64,000 bases of DNA from Eledone cirrhosa (Eukaryota), in NCBI GenBank assembly GCA_964016885.1, contig OZ024766.1:15748001-15812000 (forward strand). The letters are read 5' to 3'. A program made the position numbers and the translations under genes. Every line of letters starts with the position of its first letter. Within the stretch, counting starts at the first letter, position 1. Positions 1-10,712 of the stretch are shown piece after piece. The notes under the pieces were generated by a model, which ran no database searches, was not told the origin of the DNA, and was given only the letters and a program-made list of their open reading frames with translations.

Positions 1-455
1 GTTTATATAAAGATTCACTTCTTTAAATATTACATAATTTATCTACTAAATTTCGTGGCTGTTCATTAAATATATTTTGTTTATTTAAAGATTCACTTCT
101 TTAAAATTTTCAAATGTCAACACTTCCGGTGGCCATCACTTAAATAAACATACCAATTTTCCGTCACTAATTTTCTCCTAATGCAGTTTATATATAATAT
201 CGTCTTTTTTTAATGTATCATGGATTACTTTACTGATTACATAAGACAGTGTAACACAGTCTCTCTTCAATTTATGTGTATTATATATTGTCAATTACGA
301 TTTTATTTGATGTATCATATCTACATGTATATATACCTGCGTATAATATCAATATACACACTACATATGCTAGCAGAACACACCTTAACGGTGGTTTTTC
401 TGCTAGTATTTATAATTATATATAACTCATATATAATTATAAATAATATTATTAG

Positions 456-790
456 CATCATCATCATCGTTTAACGTCCATCTTCCACGCTAGCATGGGT
501 TTAGACGGTAATTGTCCCACTTGAGGCAAGATTGCTCGTCTCGATCGTATAGGACTGTCTGGCAGGTTTTCTATAGCTGGATACCCTTCCTAACACCAAC
601 CACGTTTACAGTGTGGTCTGGGAGGTTTTTACAGTGTTACCTACACAGCCACATTACAGCGTGGACTGTGTGTTTTTTTGTCGTGACACCTACACGACCT
701 CATTTATTTAGGACTGGATATTGTGGTACCAACATAACTTTACAGAGAAAGAGGGTGGTGTTGATGGGGGTGGGGGAGTTGTGGGTAGTG
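456..790 (-). mobile_element. 5'-truncated RTE-clade LINE 3' UTR (subfamily A) with (GAT)n tail
   Basis: Reverse complement matches the 3' UTR of the RTE copy at 42743-43125 (GTTGGTGTTAGGAAGGG.ATCCAGCT.TAGAAAA motif); (CAT)n at 456-468 is the tail on the minus strand. Confidence 0.8.
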
Positions 791-820
791 GGATATATAC
801 ATATATATATATATACACAC

Positions 821-1368
821 GTAATGCAGTAAAACAGAAGACCCGACTTCCCACAGGTACAATCTGAAGTTGAATCATATAGACAATATGCTCCCACACC
901 CTCCCACTGTAAAGTGGTCGTGGAGGTGCCACGGCAAAAAAGCACCCAGCCCACACTGTAAAGTGGTCGTGGAGGTGCCACGGCAAAAAAGCACCCAGCC
1001 TACACTGTAAAGTGGTCGTGGAGGTGCCACAGCAAAAAAGCACCCAGCACTCACTATAAAGTGGTCGTGGAGGTGTCACGGCAAAAAAGCACCCAGCACT
1101 CACTGTAAAGTGGTCGTGGAGGTGCCACAGCAAAAAAGCACCCAGCACTCACTATAAAGTGGTCGTGGAGGTGTCACGGCAAAAAAGCACCCAGCACTCA
1201 CTGTAAAGTGGTCGTGGAGGTGCCACGGCAAAAAAGCACCCAGCACTCACTGTAAAGTGGTCGTGGAGGTGCCACGGCAGAAAAGCACCCAGCACTCACT
1301 GTAAAGTGGTCGTGGAGGTTCCACGGCAAAAAAGCACCCAACCCACACTGTAAAGCACCCAGCACTCA
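821..1368 (+). mobile_element. RTE subfamily B 3' region containing a 49-bp tandem array; tail missing
   Basis: 821-906 resembles the reverse complement of ~8400-8490 (RTE ORF end/3' UTR); followed by the 49-bp repeat. Confidence 0.65.
907..1347 (+). repeat. 49-bp tandem repeat, 9 copies (CTGTAAAGTGGTCGTGGAGGTGCCACGGCAAAAAAGCACCCAGCACTCA)
   Basis: Unit starts at 907, 956, 1005 ... 1299; the same unit occurs once in the SINE at 48341-48627. Confidence 0.95.
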
Positions 1369-1371
1369 TTG

Positions 1372-1692
1372 GAGTGCTGGGTGCTTTTTTACCGTGGCAC
1401 CTCCACGACCACTTTACAGTGAGTGCTGGGTGCATTTTTGCCGTGGCACCTCTACGACCACTTTACAGTGTGGGCTGGGTGCTTTTTTTGCCGTGACACC
1501 TCCACGACCACTTTACAGTGGAATGATAGGGACCCCTGTCCCTATCATCTCATTTCTACATCTGAGTAAACTGGAGCAATGTGAAATAAATTGTCTTGCT
1601 CAAGGACACAACACATCATCTGGTCTGAGAATTGAACACACAACCTTTCGACGATTGCAAGGCCAATGCTCTAACCACTAAGCCATGTGCCT

Positions 1693-1694
<2 letters not shown>
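1372..1694 (-). mobile_element. tRNA-derived SINE (CORE-like middle, RTE-B-derived 3' part with ~3 copies of the 49-bp unit)
   Basis: Minus strand reads GGAGGCACATGGCTTAGTGGTTAGAGC (A box) ... GTTCAATTC (B box) ... GTGTCCTTGAGCAAGAC (CORE-like) ... ATGATAGGGAC-N4-GTCCCTATCAT hairpin, then 49-bp units. Confidence 0.8.

Positions 1695-1760
<66 letters not shown>
1695..1760. repeat. (TA)n microsatellite, ~33 units
   Basis: Direct reading. Confidence 0.98.
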
Positions 1761-1763
<3 letters not shown>

Positions 1764-2049
1764 CCACACCCTCCACCGCAAGGTGGTCGTGGAGGCGCCA
1801 CGGCAAAAAAAAAGCACCCAGCCCACACTGTAAAGTGGGCGTGTAGGCGCCACGAAAAAGCACCCAGCACTCACTGCAAATGAGGTTGGTGTTAGGAAGG
1901 GCATCCAGCTGTAGAAATCAAGCCAAACTCAGTTCCTGTATGAGCAAGGCATGGTCAGCCGACCAGACACTGCCCACAACAGAAGAACCCGTCTAACCAA
2001 TGCTAGCGTGGAAGAACGGACGTAAAACGGTGATGATGATGATGATGAT
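1761..2049 (+). mobile_element. RTE subfamily B 3' end with (GAT)n tail, flanked by (TA)n
   Basis: 49-bp-like units, GGTTGGTGTTAGGAAGGGCATCCAGCTGTAGAAA motif, CCCGTCTAACC..TGCTAGCGTGGAAGAACGGACGTAAAACG then (GAT)n; homologous to 8139-8420 on the opposite strand. Confidence 0.8.
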
Positions 2050-2309
2050 ATATATATATATTTTTAAATAACAGATTAAAGTTTAAGCAAAGAATCGCTG
2101 CTTTCACACTTAACAGATCTTCTGAAACTAAAAATACTAGCATGTGTTGTGTGTATTGGCTAAACGGAGATTTTGGCATTTGAACATTTTAAAGAAGTGA
2201 AACTTATTTTGCAAACAGGGTAAAAAAATATATTCTGGATGTAATCCTGCGCCCATTTCTTTATTATAGTTAATGTTGTATGGACTGTGAATCGAACTCA
2301 CAACCTCAT

Positions 2310-3568
2310 TGTTGTATGGACTGTTAAATTCGATTTGTTCAATTACACGTGCTCATACATTTGCATATGAATCACGTGACCTGGGCAGTCAGTCAGCGCT
2401 GGTATTAAAAACTCGGTCACAGACTACTTACTTACTTTATGTTATTCTGCAACTGCGAGGAGGGGCGTTTTGGTTGTTTCGCAAATTACACAAATTATTT
2501 GAAAACACACAGTCCACGCTGTAATGTGGCCGTGTAGACAACACGGTAAAAACCTCCCAGTCCCACACTGTAAATGTGGTTGGTGTTAGGAAGGGCATCC
2601 AGCTGTAGAAAACCCGCCAGACAGTCCACGCTGTAATGTGGCCGTGTAGGCAACACGGTAAAAACCTCCCAGTCCCACACTGTAAATGTGGTTGGTGTTA
2701 GGAAGGGCATCCAGTTGTAGAAAACCCGCCAGACAGTCCACGCTGTAATGTGGTCGTGTAGGCAACACGGTAAAAACCTCCCAGTCCCACACTGTAAATG
2801 TGGTTGGTGTTAGGAAGGGCATCCAGCTGTAGAAAACCCGCCAGACAGTCCACGCTGTAATGTGGCCGTGTAGGCAACACGGTAAAAACCTCCCAGTCCC
2901 ACACTGTAAATGTGGTTGGTGTTAGGAAGGGCATCCAGCTGTAGAAAACCCGCCAGACAGTCCACGCTGTAATGTGGCCGTGTAGGCAACACGGTAAAAA
3001 CCTCCCAGTCCCACACTGTAAATGTGGTTGGTGTTAGGAAGGGCATCCAGCTGTAGAAAACCCGCCAGACAGTCCACGCTGTAATGTGGCCGTGTAGGCA
3101 ACACGGTAAAAACCTCCCAGTCCCACACTGTAAATGTGGTTGGTGTTAGGAAGGGCATCCAGCTGTAGAAAACCCGCCAGACAGTCCACGCTGTAATGTG
3201 GCCGTGTAGACAACACGGTAAAAACCTCCCAGTCCCACACTGTAAATGTGGTTGGTGTTAGGAAGGGCATCCAGCTGTAGAAAACCCGCCAGACAGTCCA
3301 CGCTGTAATGTGGCCGTGTAGGCAACACGGTAAAAACCTCCCAGTCCCACACTGTAAATGTGGTTGGTGTTAGGAAGGGCATCCAGCTGTAGAAAACCTG
3401 CCAGACAGTCCTATGCGAGCAAGACAACCACTCTTGCCTCAAGTGGGAAAACCCCCGTCCAAACCCATGCAAGCGTGGAACACGGACGTTAAACGACGAT
3501 GATGATGATGATGATGATTTGATATAACTCGTTGTGTTTTCTCTGCGGGTACCGAGAGGAATACAACA
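2310..3568 (+). mobile_element. Putative 5' LTR of a Gypsy-like LTR retrotransposon (~250 bp), interrupted by an RTE insertion
   Basis: Begins TGTTGTAT (2310; the same 15-mer also at 2274) and ends ATACAACA (3561-3568), a perfect 8-bp TG..CA inverted terminus; followed by a PBS-like TGG sequence and a gag-like start. Confidence 0.65.
2502..3518 (+). mobile_element. RTE subfamily A 3' end with internal 112-bp tandem amplification (8 copies, 2509-3404) and (GAT)n tail
   Basis: 112-bp period (ACAGTCC at 2509, 2621 ... 3405); unit and downstream sequence match 42905-43125; possible ATTTGA target-site duplication. Confidence 0.88.
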
Positions 3569-3576
3569 GAGTTTAT

Positions 3577-3595
3577 TGGCGTCGCCGATAGAATT
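3577..3595 (+). other. Putative primer-binding site TGGCGTCGCCGATAG(A/G)ATT
   Basis: Starts with TGG 8 nt after the LTR end; reverse complement AAT(T/C)CTATCGGCGACGCCA has the form of a tRNA 3' end (T-arm 3' side, acceptor strand, CCA). Confidence 0.6.
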
Positions 3596-6500
3596 TACCC
3601 ACATTGCAGATAGGATTTACCCACATTGCAGATAGAATTTACCCACATTGCAGATAGGATTTACCCACATTGCAGATAGAATTTACCCACATTGCAGATA
3701 GGATTTACCTCCATTGCAGATAGAATTTACCCGCATTGCAGATAGGATTTACCTACATTGATAGGATTTACCTACATTGCAGATAGAATTTACCCACATT
3801 GCAGATAGAATTTACCTCCATTGCAGATAGAATTTACCTCCATTGCAGATAGAATTTACCTCCATTGCAGATAGGATTTACCTACATTGATAGGATTTAC
3901 CTACATTGCAGATAGAATTTACCCACATTGCAGATAGGATTTACCTACATTGCAGATAGGATTTACCTCCATTGCAGATAGGATTTACCTCCATTGCAGA
4001 TAGAATTTACCTCCATTGCAGATAGAATTTACCTCCATTGCCGATAGAATTTACCCACATTGCAGATAGGATTTACCTCCATTGCAGATAGGATTTACCT
4101 CCATTGCAGATAGAATTTACCTCCATTGCCGATAGAATTTACCTACATTGCAGATAGAATTTACCCACATTGCAGATAGAATTTACCTCCATTGCAGATA
4201 GAATTTACCTCCATTGCAGATAGAATTTACCCGCATTGCAGATAGAATTTACCTCCATTGCAGATAGAATTTACCTCCATTGCCGATAGAATTTACCTAC
4301 ATTGCAGATAGAATTTACCCACATTGCAGATAGAATTTACCTCCATTGCAGATAGAATTTACCTCCATTGCAGATAGAATTTACCTCCATTGCAGATAGA
4401 ATTTACCTCCATTGCAGATAGAATTTACCCACATTGCAGATAGAATTTACTTACATTGCAGATAGAATGTACCCACATTGCAGATAGAATTTACCTCCAT
4501 TGCAGATAGGATTTACCCACTTTGCAGATAGGATTTACCTACATTGCAGATAGGATTTACCCACATTGCAGATAGGATTTACCTACATTGCAGATAGGAT
4601 TTACCTACATTGCAGATAGGAATTACCCACATTGCAGATAGGATTTACCTACATTGCAGATAGAATTTACCTCCATTGCCGATAGAATTTACCTCCATTG
4701 CAGATAGGATTTACCTACATTGCAGATTGGATTTACCCACATTGCAGATAGAATTTACCTCCATTGCAGATAGGATTTACCTCCATTGCAGATAGGATTT
4801 ACCTACATTGCAGATAGGATTTACCCACATTGCAGATAGAATTTACCTCCATTGCAGATAGGATTTACCTCCATTGCAGATAGGATTTACCTACATTGCA
4901 GATAGGATTTACCCACATTGCAGATAGGATTTACCTCCATTGAAGATAGAATTTACCCACATTGCAGATAGGATTTACCTCCATTGCAGATAGAATTTAC
5001 CTACATTGCAGATTGGATTTACCCACATTGCAGATAGGATTTACCTCCATTGCAGATAGGATTTACCTACATTGCAGATAGGATTTACCTACATTGCAGA
5101 TAGGATTTACCCACATTGCAGATAGAATTTACCTCCATTGCAGATAGAATTTACCTCCATTGCAGATAGGATTTACCCACATTGCAGATAGGATTTACCC
5201 ACATTGCAGATAGGATTTACCTACATTGCAGATAGGATTTACCCACATTGCAGATAGGATTTACCCACATTGCAGATAGAATTTACCTCCATTGCAGATA
5301 GAATTTACCTACATTGCAGATAGGATTTACCTACATTGATAGGATTTATCCACATTGCAGATAGGATTTACCCACATTGCAGATAGGATTTACCTAAATT
5401 GATAGGATTTACCCACATTGCAGATAGGATTTACCTACATTGCAGATAGGATTTACCCACATTGCAGATAGGATTTACCCACATTGATAGGATTTACCCA
5501 CATTGCAGATAGGATTTACCTCCATTGCAGATAGGATTTACCTACATTGCAGATAGGATTTACCTACATTGCAGATAGGATTTACCTACATTGATAGGAT
5601 TTACCCACATTGCAGATAGAATTTACCTCCATTGCCGATAGGATTTACCCACATTGCAGATAGAATTTACCCACATTGCCGATAGAATTTACCTCCATTG
5701 CAGATAGAATTTACCTCCATTGCAGATAGGATTTACCCACATTGCAGATAGAATTTACCTACATTGCAGATAGAATTTACCCACATTGCAGATAGAATTT
5801 ACCTACATTGCAGATAGAATTTACCTCCATTGCAGATAGAATTTACCTCCATTGCAGATAGAATTTACCCGCATTGCAGATAGGATTTACCTCCATTGCA
5901 GATAGAATTTACCTCCATTGCAGATAGAATTTACCTCCATTGCCGATAAAATTTACCTACATTGCAGATAGAATTTACCCACATTGCAGATAGAATTTAC
6001 CTCCATTGCAGATAGAATTTACCTCCATTGCAGATAGAATTTACCTCCATTGCAGATAGAATTTACCCGCATTGCAGATAGAATTTACCTCCATTGCAGA
6101 TAGAATTTACCTCCATTGCCGATAGAATTTACCTACATTGCAGATAGAATTTACCCACATTGCAGATAGAATTTACCTCCTTGCAGATAGAATTTACCTC
6201 CATTGCAGATAGAATTTACCTCCATTGCAGATAGAATTTACCCACATTGCAGATAGAATTTACCTCCATTGCAGATAGGATTTACCCACTTTGCAGATAG
6301 GATTTACCTACATTGCAGATAGGATTTACCCACATTGCAGATAGGATTTACCTACATTGCAGATAGGATTTACCTACATTGCAGATAGGAATTACCCACA
6401 TTGCAGATAGGATTTACCTACATTGCAGATAGAATTTACCTCCATTGCCGATAGAATTTACCTCCATTGCAGATAGGATTTACCTACATTGCAGATTGGA

Positions 6501-8050
6501 TTTACCCACATTGCAGATAGAATTTACCTCCATTGCAGATAGGATTTACCTCCATTGCAGATAGGATTTACCTACATTGCAGATAGGATTTACCCACATT
6601 GCAGATAGAATTTACCTCCATTGCAGATAGAATTTACCCACATTGCAGATAGGATTTACCCACATTGCAGATAGGATTTACCCACATTGCAGATAGGATT
6701 TACCTCCATTGCAGATAGAATTTACCCACATTGCAGATAGGATTTACCTCCATTGCAGATAGAATTTACCTACATTGCAGATAGGATTTACCTACATTGA
6801 TAGGATTTACCCACATTGCAGATAGGATTTACCCACATCGCAGATAGGATTTACCTACATTGATAGGATTTACCCACATTGCAGATAGGATTTACCTACA
6901 TTGCAGATAGGATTTACCCACATTGCAGATAGGATTTACCCACATTGATAGGATTTACCCACATTGCAGATAGGATTTACCTCCATTGCAGATAGGATTT
7001 ACCTACATTGCAGATAGGATTTACCTCCATTGCAGATAGGATTTACCTCCATTGCAGATAGGATTTACCCACATTGCAGATAGGATTTACCTACATTGCA
7101 GATAGAATTTACCCACATTGCAGATAGGATTTACCTACATTGCCGATAGGATTTACCCACATTGCAGATAGAATTTACCTCCATTGCAGATAGAATTTAC
7201 CTCCATTGCAGATAGGATTTACCTACATTGCAGATAGAATTTACCCACATTGCCGATAGGATTTACCTCCATTGCAGATAGAATTTACCTACATTGCAGA
7301 TAGAATTTACCTCCATTGCAGATAGAATTTACCCACATTGCAGATAGAATTTACCTACATTGCCGATAGGATTTACCTCCATTGCCGATAGGATTTACCT
7401 ACATTGCAGATAGGATTTACCCACATTGCCGATAGGATTTACCTCCATTGCAGATAGAATTTACCTACATTGCAGATAGAATTTACCTCCATTGCAGATA
7501 GAATTTACCTACATTGCAGATAGAATTTACCTACATTGCAGATAGAATTTACCCACATTGCAGATAGGATTTACCCACATTGCAGATAGAATTTACCTCC
7601 ATTGCAGATAGAATTTACCCACATTGCAGATAGGATTTACCCACATTGCAGATAGGATTTACCCACATTGCAGATAGAATTTACCTCCATTGCAGATAGG
7701 ATTTACCCACATTGCAGATAGGATTTACCTCCATTGCAGATAGGATTTACCTACATTGATAGGATTTACCTACATTGTTGCAGATAGGATTTACCCACAT
7801 TGCCGATAGGATTTACCTACATTGCCGATAGGATTTACCTACATTGCAGATAGGATTTACCTACATTGCAGATAGGATTTACCCACATTGTTGCAGATAG
7901 GATTTACCCACATTGCCGATAGGATTTACCTACATTGCAGATAGGATTTACCTACATTGCAGATAGGATTTACCTACATTGCAGATAGGATTTACCCACA
8001 TTGCCGATAGGATTTACCCACATTGCCGATAGGATTTACCTACATTGCCG
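3584..8050. repeat. 22-bp minisatellite, ~203 copies, consensus GC(A/C)GATAG(A/G)ATTTACC(C/T)(A/C)CATT
   Basis: 22-bp period read directly (e.g. ACATTG at 3601 and 3623); bounded on both sides by GCCG. Confidence 0.97.
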
Positions 8051-8072
8051 GGAAATTGTTTATCATAAAAAC

Positions 8073-8138
8073 ATGGCGGAACAACAAACAGCGGAGCTAA
8101 TAAAGTTGTTTAGCGAACAGATGGAACAACAAATGCAA
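8073..8138 (+). pseudogene. Truncated gag-like N-terminus MAEQQTAELIKLFSEQMEQQMQ
   Basis: ATG just downstream of the LTR/PBS; Q/E-rich helical start as seen in invertebrate Gypsy gag proteins; cut off by the RTE insertion at 8139. Confidence 0.5.
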
Positions 8139-8582
8139 CATCATCATCATCATCATCATCACCGTTTTACGTCCGTTCTTCCACGCTAGCATGGGTTAGA
8201 CGGGTTGTCCTGCTGTGTGCAGTGTCTGGTCGGCTGACCCTGCCTTGCTCATACAGGAACTGATCTGGCTTGATTTCTACAGCTGGATGCCCTTCCTAAC
8301 ACCAACCTCATTTACAGTGAGTGCTGGGTGCTTTTTCGTGGTGCCTACACGTCCACTTTACAGTGTGGGCTGGGTGCTTTTTTGCCGTGGCACCTCCACG
8401 ACCACCTTGCGGTGGGGGGCGTGGGGGCATATTGTTTATATGCTTCAGCATGTACCCAGGGGAGGTCGGGTACTCTGTATTACTGCGTGACGCCAGAAGT
8501 CACGGTCGTGTGTCATTGTCTTTGAGAGGTCTAATTGGGTAAGGTTGGCTTTTATCACCTCATCCCAGGTCATCTTAAGATC
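8139..8582 (-). mobile_element. 5'-truncated RTE LINE (subfamily B): ORF C-terminus, 3' UTR and (GAT)n tail
   Basis: Minus strand ~8580-8465 translates MTWDEVIKANLTQLDLSKTMTHDRDFWRHAVIQSTRP, homologous to KTWDDLINSNLTHLHLSKTMSLDRDLWRYSVIEKTR of ORF 41867-42742; (CAT)n at 8139-8162. Confidence 0.85.
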
Positions 8583-8684
8583 TATTCAGATAGAAAGAAA
8601 GGCAGCACACCACCACCACAATACACTCACTACACAACACCACAACCCAACAACACACAAATGCACAACACATCACATTATGCA

Positions 8685-10360
8685 AGTATTTTCTCTCAGA
8701 TCCCTTATCGTCCGGTCCAAAGCTTTAATTGCTCGTTTATAGTTCATGCTGGGGTCATTCCAAATTATCATCTTCCATGTTTGCAGAAGCTTAACCCTTG
8801 GATGAGTTCTTCTTGATGTTGCAAAAAGATTTGTCATGCCATGTAAGGCCTATGGGCCACTTAAGCATGGAGTGTGCAGTCCTGCCTCCATTCAGAAGTG
8901 CTGCTATAATACCTCCCGAAAACACGGCAAGGGAAATATGTTATTTTGGTGAACTTTTGCAAGCAGGAGGTTCATGAGGAATGTCTTCCTGTGCCAAGCA
9001 GGAGCATCGATGAAGAAAAGTCCTCCCCTGTCATTTTGAATGTTTTTCATGATGTTGTGGTCGGCATATTTCTGGTCATCCACCAGTCAAGGTTTATTTT
9101 CATCCACAAACTTACGCAACACTTCAATATCATGGTTTGTCTCCTGGAAAACTGATTGTGTTACATCAATTTCTTCTGGCTCTGGCTTCCTGCATTGTTA
9201 TTCATCGCTGGAATTCAATGGGACAGGTTGCACAGAGGTTGATTGTAAATCCTGGAGGTAGATTCCACATAAATATTGCTATAACATCTTTGGGCTAGGT
9301 GTAGATAGTCGTCTGACATATTGTTTTTGTACTCCTGCCAGGGTAGATGAGATTTATTCCACATGCTGTGAGTATAGTAGCAAACAACTGTCTTATTTAA
9401 CTGGCCCCTCCAGTGACTGCTCCTTCTAGTCCCTTCTTCCAATGTCAGTTGTCATACAGGTGTCCATGGCTGTCTTATTTAACTGGCTACTCCAGTGACT
9501 GCTCCTTCTAGTCCCTTCTTCCAATGTCAGTTGTCATACAGGTGTCCATGGCTGTCTTATTTAACTGGCCCCTCCAGTGACTGCTCCTTCTAGTCCCTTC
9601 TTCCAATGTCAGTTGTCATACAGGTGTCCATGGCTGTCTTATTTAACTGGCTACTCCAGTGACTGCTCCTTCTAGTCCCTTCTTCCAATGTCAGTTGTCA
9701 TACAGGTGTCCATGACTGTCTTATTTAACTGGCTACTCCAGTGACTGCTCCTTCTAGTCCCTTCTTCCAATGTCAGTTGTCATACAGGAGTCCATGGCTG
9801 TCTTATTTACCTGGCTACTCCAGTGACTGCTCCCGCTAGTCCCTTCTTCCAATGTCAGTTGTCATACAGGAGTCCATGGCTGTCTTATTTAACTGACTAC
9901 TCCAGTGACTGCTCCTTCTTGTCTCTTCTTCCAATGTCGATTGCCATGCAGGAGTTGATGTTCTTTAGATGCTTCTTGGTATGTGCTGCACTCTTCCACC
10001 AAATCACCTGAGATCCTCAAATGACGTTGGTCCTTGAACAATATGCAGAAGTGGCTGTAAATAAAAACTCTCTCTGTTGTTGGGGTGGTCATTGTAAACA
10101 TGCCCAATAGCATCACTTTCCTTGACTTCATCACCTTCCACTAAATGACCCTGCTTCCTTTGATTCCAAGTCTTACAATTGGTCCAGGTGTAGTATTTTG
10201 GGATGTCAGCATATAGGAGGGATCGAACAAATTCTTTATTCTGGCAGTGTTTCAAAAAAGCAGTTAGAGTAGTGTCAGGTGGTGCTGGTGTCAACTGATG
10301 AGCAGTGGTTTCAGTGAAGTACACACTCTGTCCATTTTCTATATGTATAGAGATAAGGAT
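8685..10360 (-). mobile_element. Decayed Helitron Rep/PIF1-helicase fragment (longest copy), interrupted by the 82-bp satellite
   Basis: Minus-strand peptides HIENGQSVYFT..PPDTTLTAF..LLYADIPKYYTW..RKQG..HPNNRESFYL.PLLHIVQGPTSFEDLR; IRQLFATILTAC; WQEYKNNMSDD; GGLFFIDAPAWHRKTFLMNLLLA (degenerate Walker A); LLNGGRTAHS; KALDRTIRDLR, in RepHel order; frameshifts and stops present. Confidence 0.88.
9388..9954. repeat. 82-bp satellite array 1 (~7 copies)
   Basis: Unit CATGGCTGTCTTATTTAACTGGCTACTCCAGTGACTGCTCCTTCTAGTCCCTTCTTCCAATGTCAGTTGTCATACAGGTGTC. Confidence 0.95.
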
Positions 10361-10367
10361 GAAAATC

Positions 10368-10560
10368 AAAGTTAATCCCTCAGAGGTTAGCTTTGCCTTT
10401 CATCCCTACGGGGTCGATAAAATAAAGTACCAGTAATGTACTGGAGTATGGCTGGCCTTGTGCCTAATGTAGAAACAATTATTACGGGGTCGATAAAATA
10501 AAGTACCAGTAATTCACTGGGGTATTTACTGGCCTTGTGCCAAAATTAGAAACAATTATC
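10368..10560 (+). mobile_element. SINE 3' half (Meta-domain-like) with ~76-bp tail unit in tandem (2 copies here; 3 at ~18490-18760, 2 at ~36580-36772, 1 at ~52320-52433, 5 at ~63176-63590)
   Basis: GAGGTTAGCTTTGCCTTTCATCCCTACGGGGTCGATAAAATAAAGTACCAGT, same as the 3' half of the intronic SINE at 11956-12132. Confidence 0.7.
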
Positions 10561-10599
10561 ACATTTCTTTTTAATAAATCACATCACTATATAATTAAA

Positions 10600-10712
10600 T
10601 ACGACTGGAAATGTGCCTGAAGGTACGAAATTATGTCAGGGACTTTTCACGTTTGACACCGCACGAGAGTCGAGACATTCGCTAAGACACCGAGTACCTG
10701 CTGTCTTCGTTA
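10600..10712 (+). promoter_or_regulatory. Candidate ZNF promoter (CpG-containing patch), repeated at ~18798, ~36812, ~52473 and ~63627
   Basis: CpG-rich non-repeat patch in otherwise AT-rich DNA, ~500 bp upstream of a conserved splice donor; inference only, no transcript data. Confidence 0.35.

Noticed and set aside
1523-1548. tetO-like operator (TCCCTATCA)
   Set aside because: Partial coincidental match inside a SINE hairpin in eukaryotic DNA
1630-1694. tRNA gene
   Set aside because: A and B boxes run directly into SINE body; no complete cloverleaf or acceptor stem evident
220-3604. Many short ORFs, including repeated MPFLTPTTFTVWDWEVF and poly-IY peptides
   Set aside because: Translations of LINE UTR repeats and (TA)n microsatellites; no protein-like features
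3584-8050. CRISPR-like array
   Set aside because: Units are contiguous with no unique spacers, no cas genes, eukaryotic context; the same holds for the 49-, 82- and 112-bp arrays
8001-8189. ORF with a poly-His tract
   Set aside because: The His run is the antisense (GAT)n tail of an RTE insertion; only the MAEQQ.. part is plausibly gag
10004-10369. Conserved 121-aa minus-strand ORF in five cassettes as a partner gene
   Set aside because: Internal fragment of a decayed Helitron whose start lies at the adjacent SINE boundary; similarity is explained by recent duplication. dN/dS and RNA-seq would be needed to revive it
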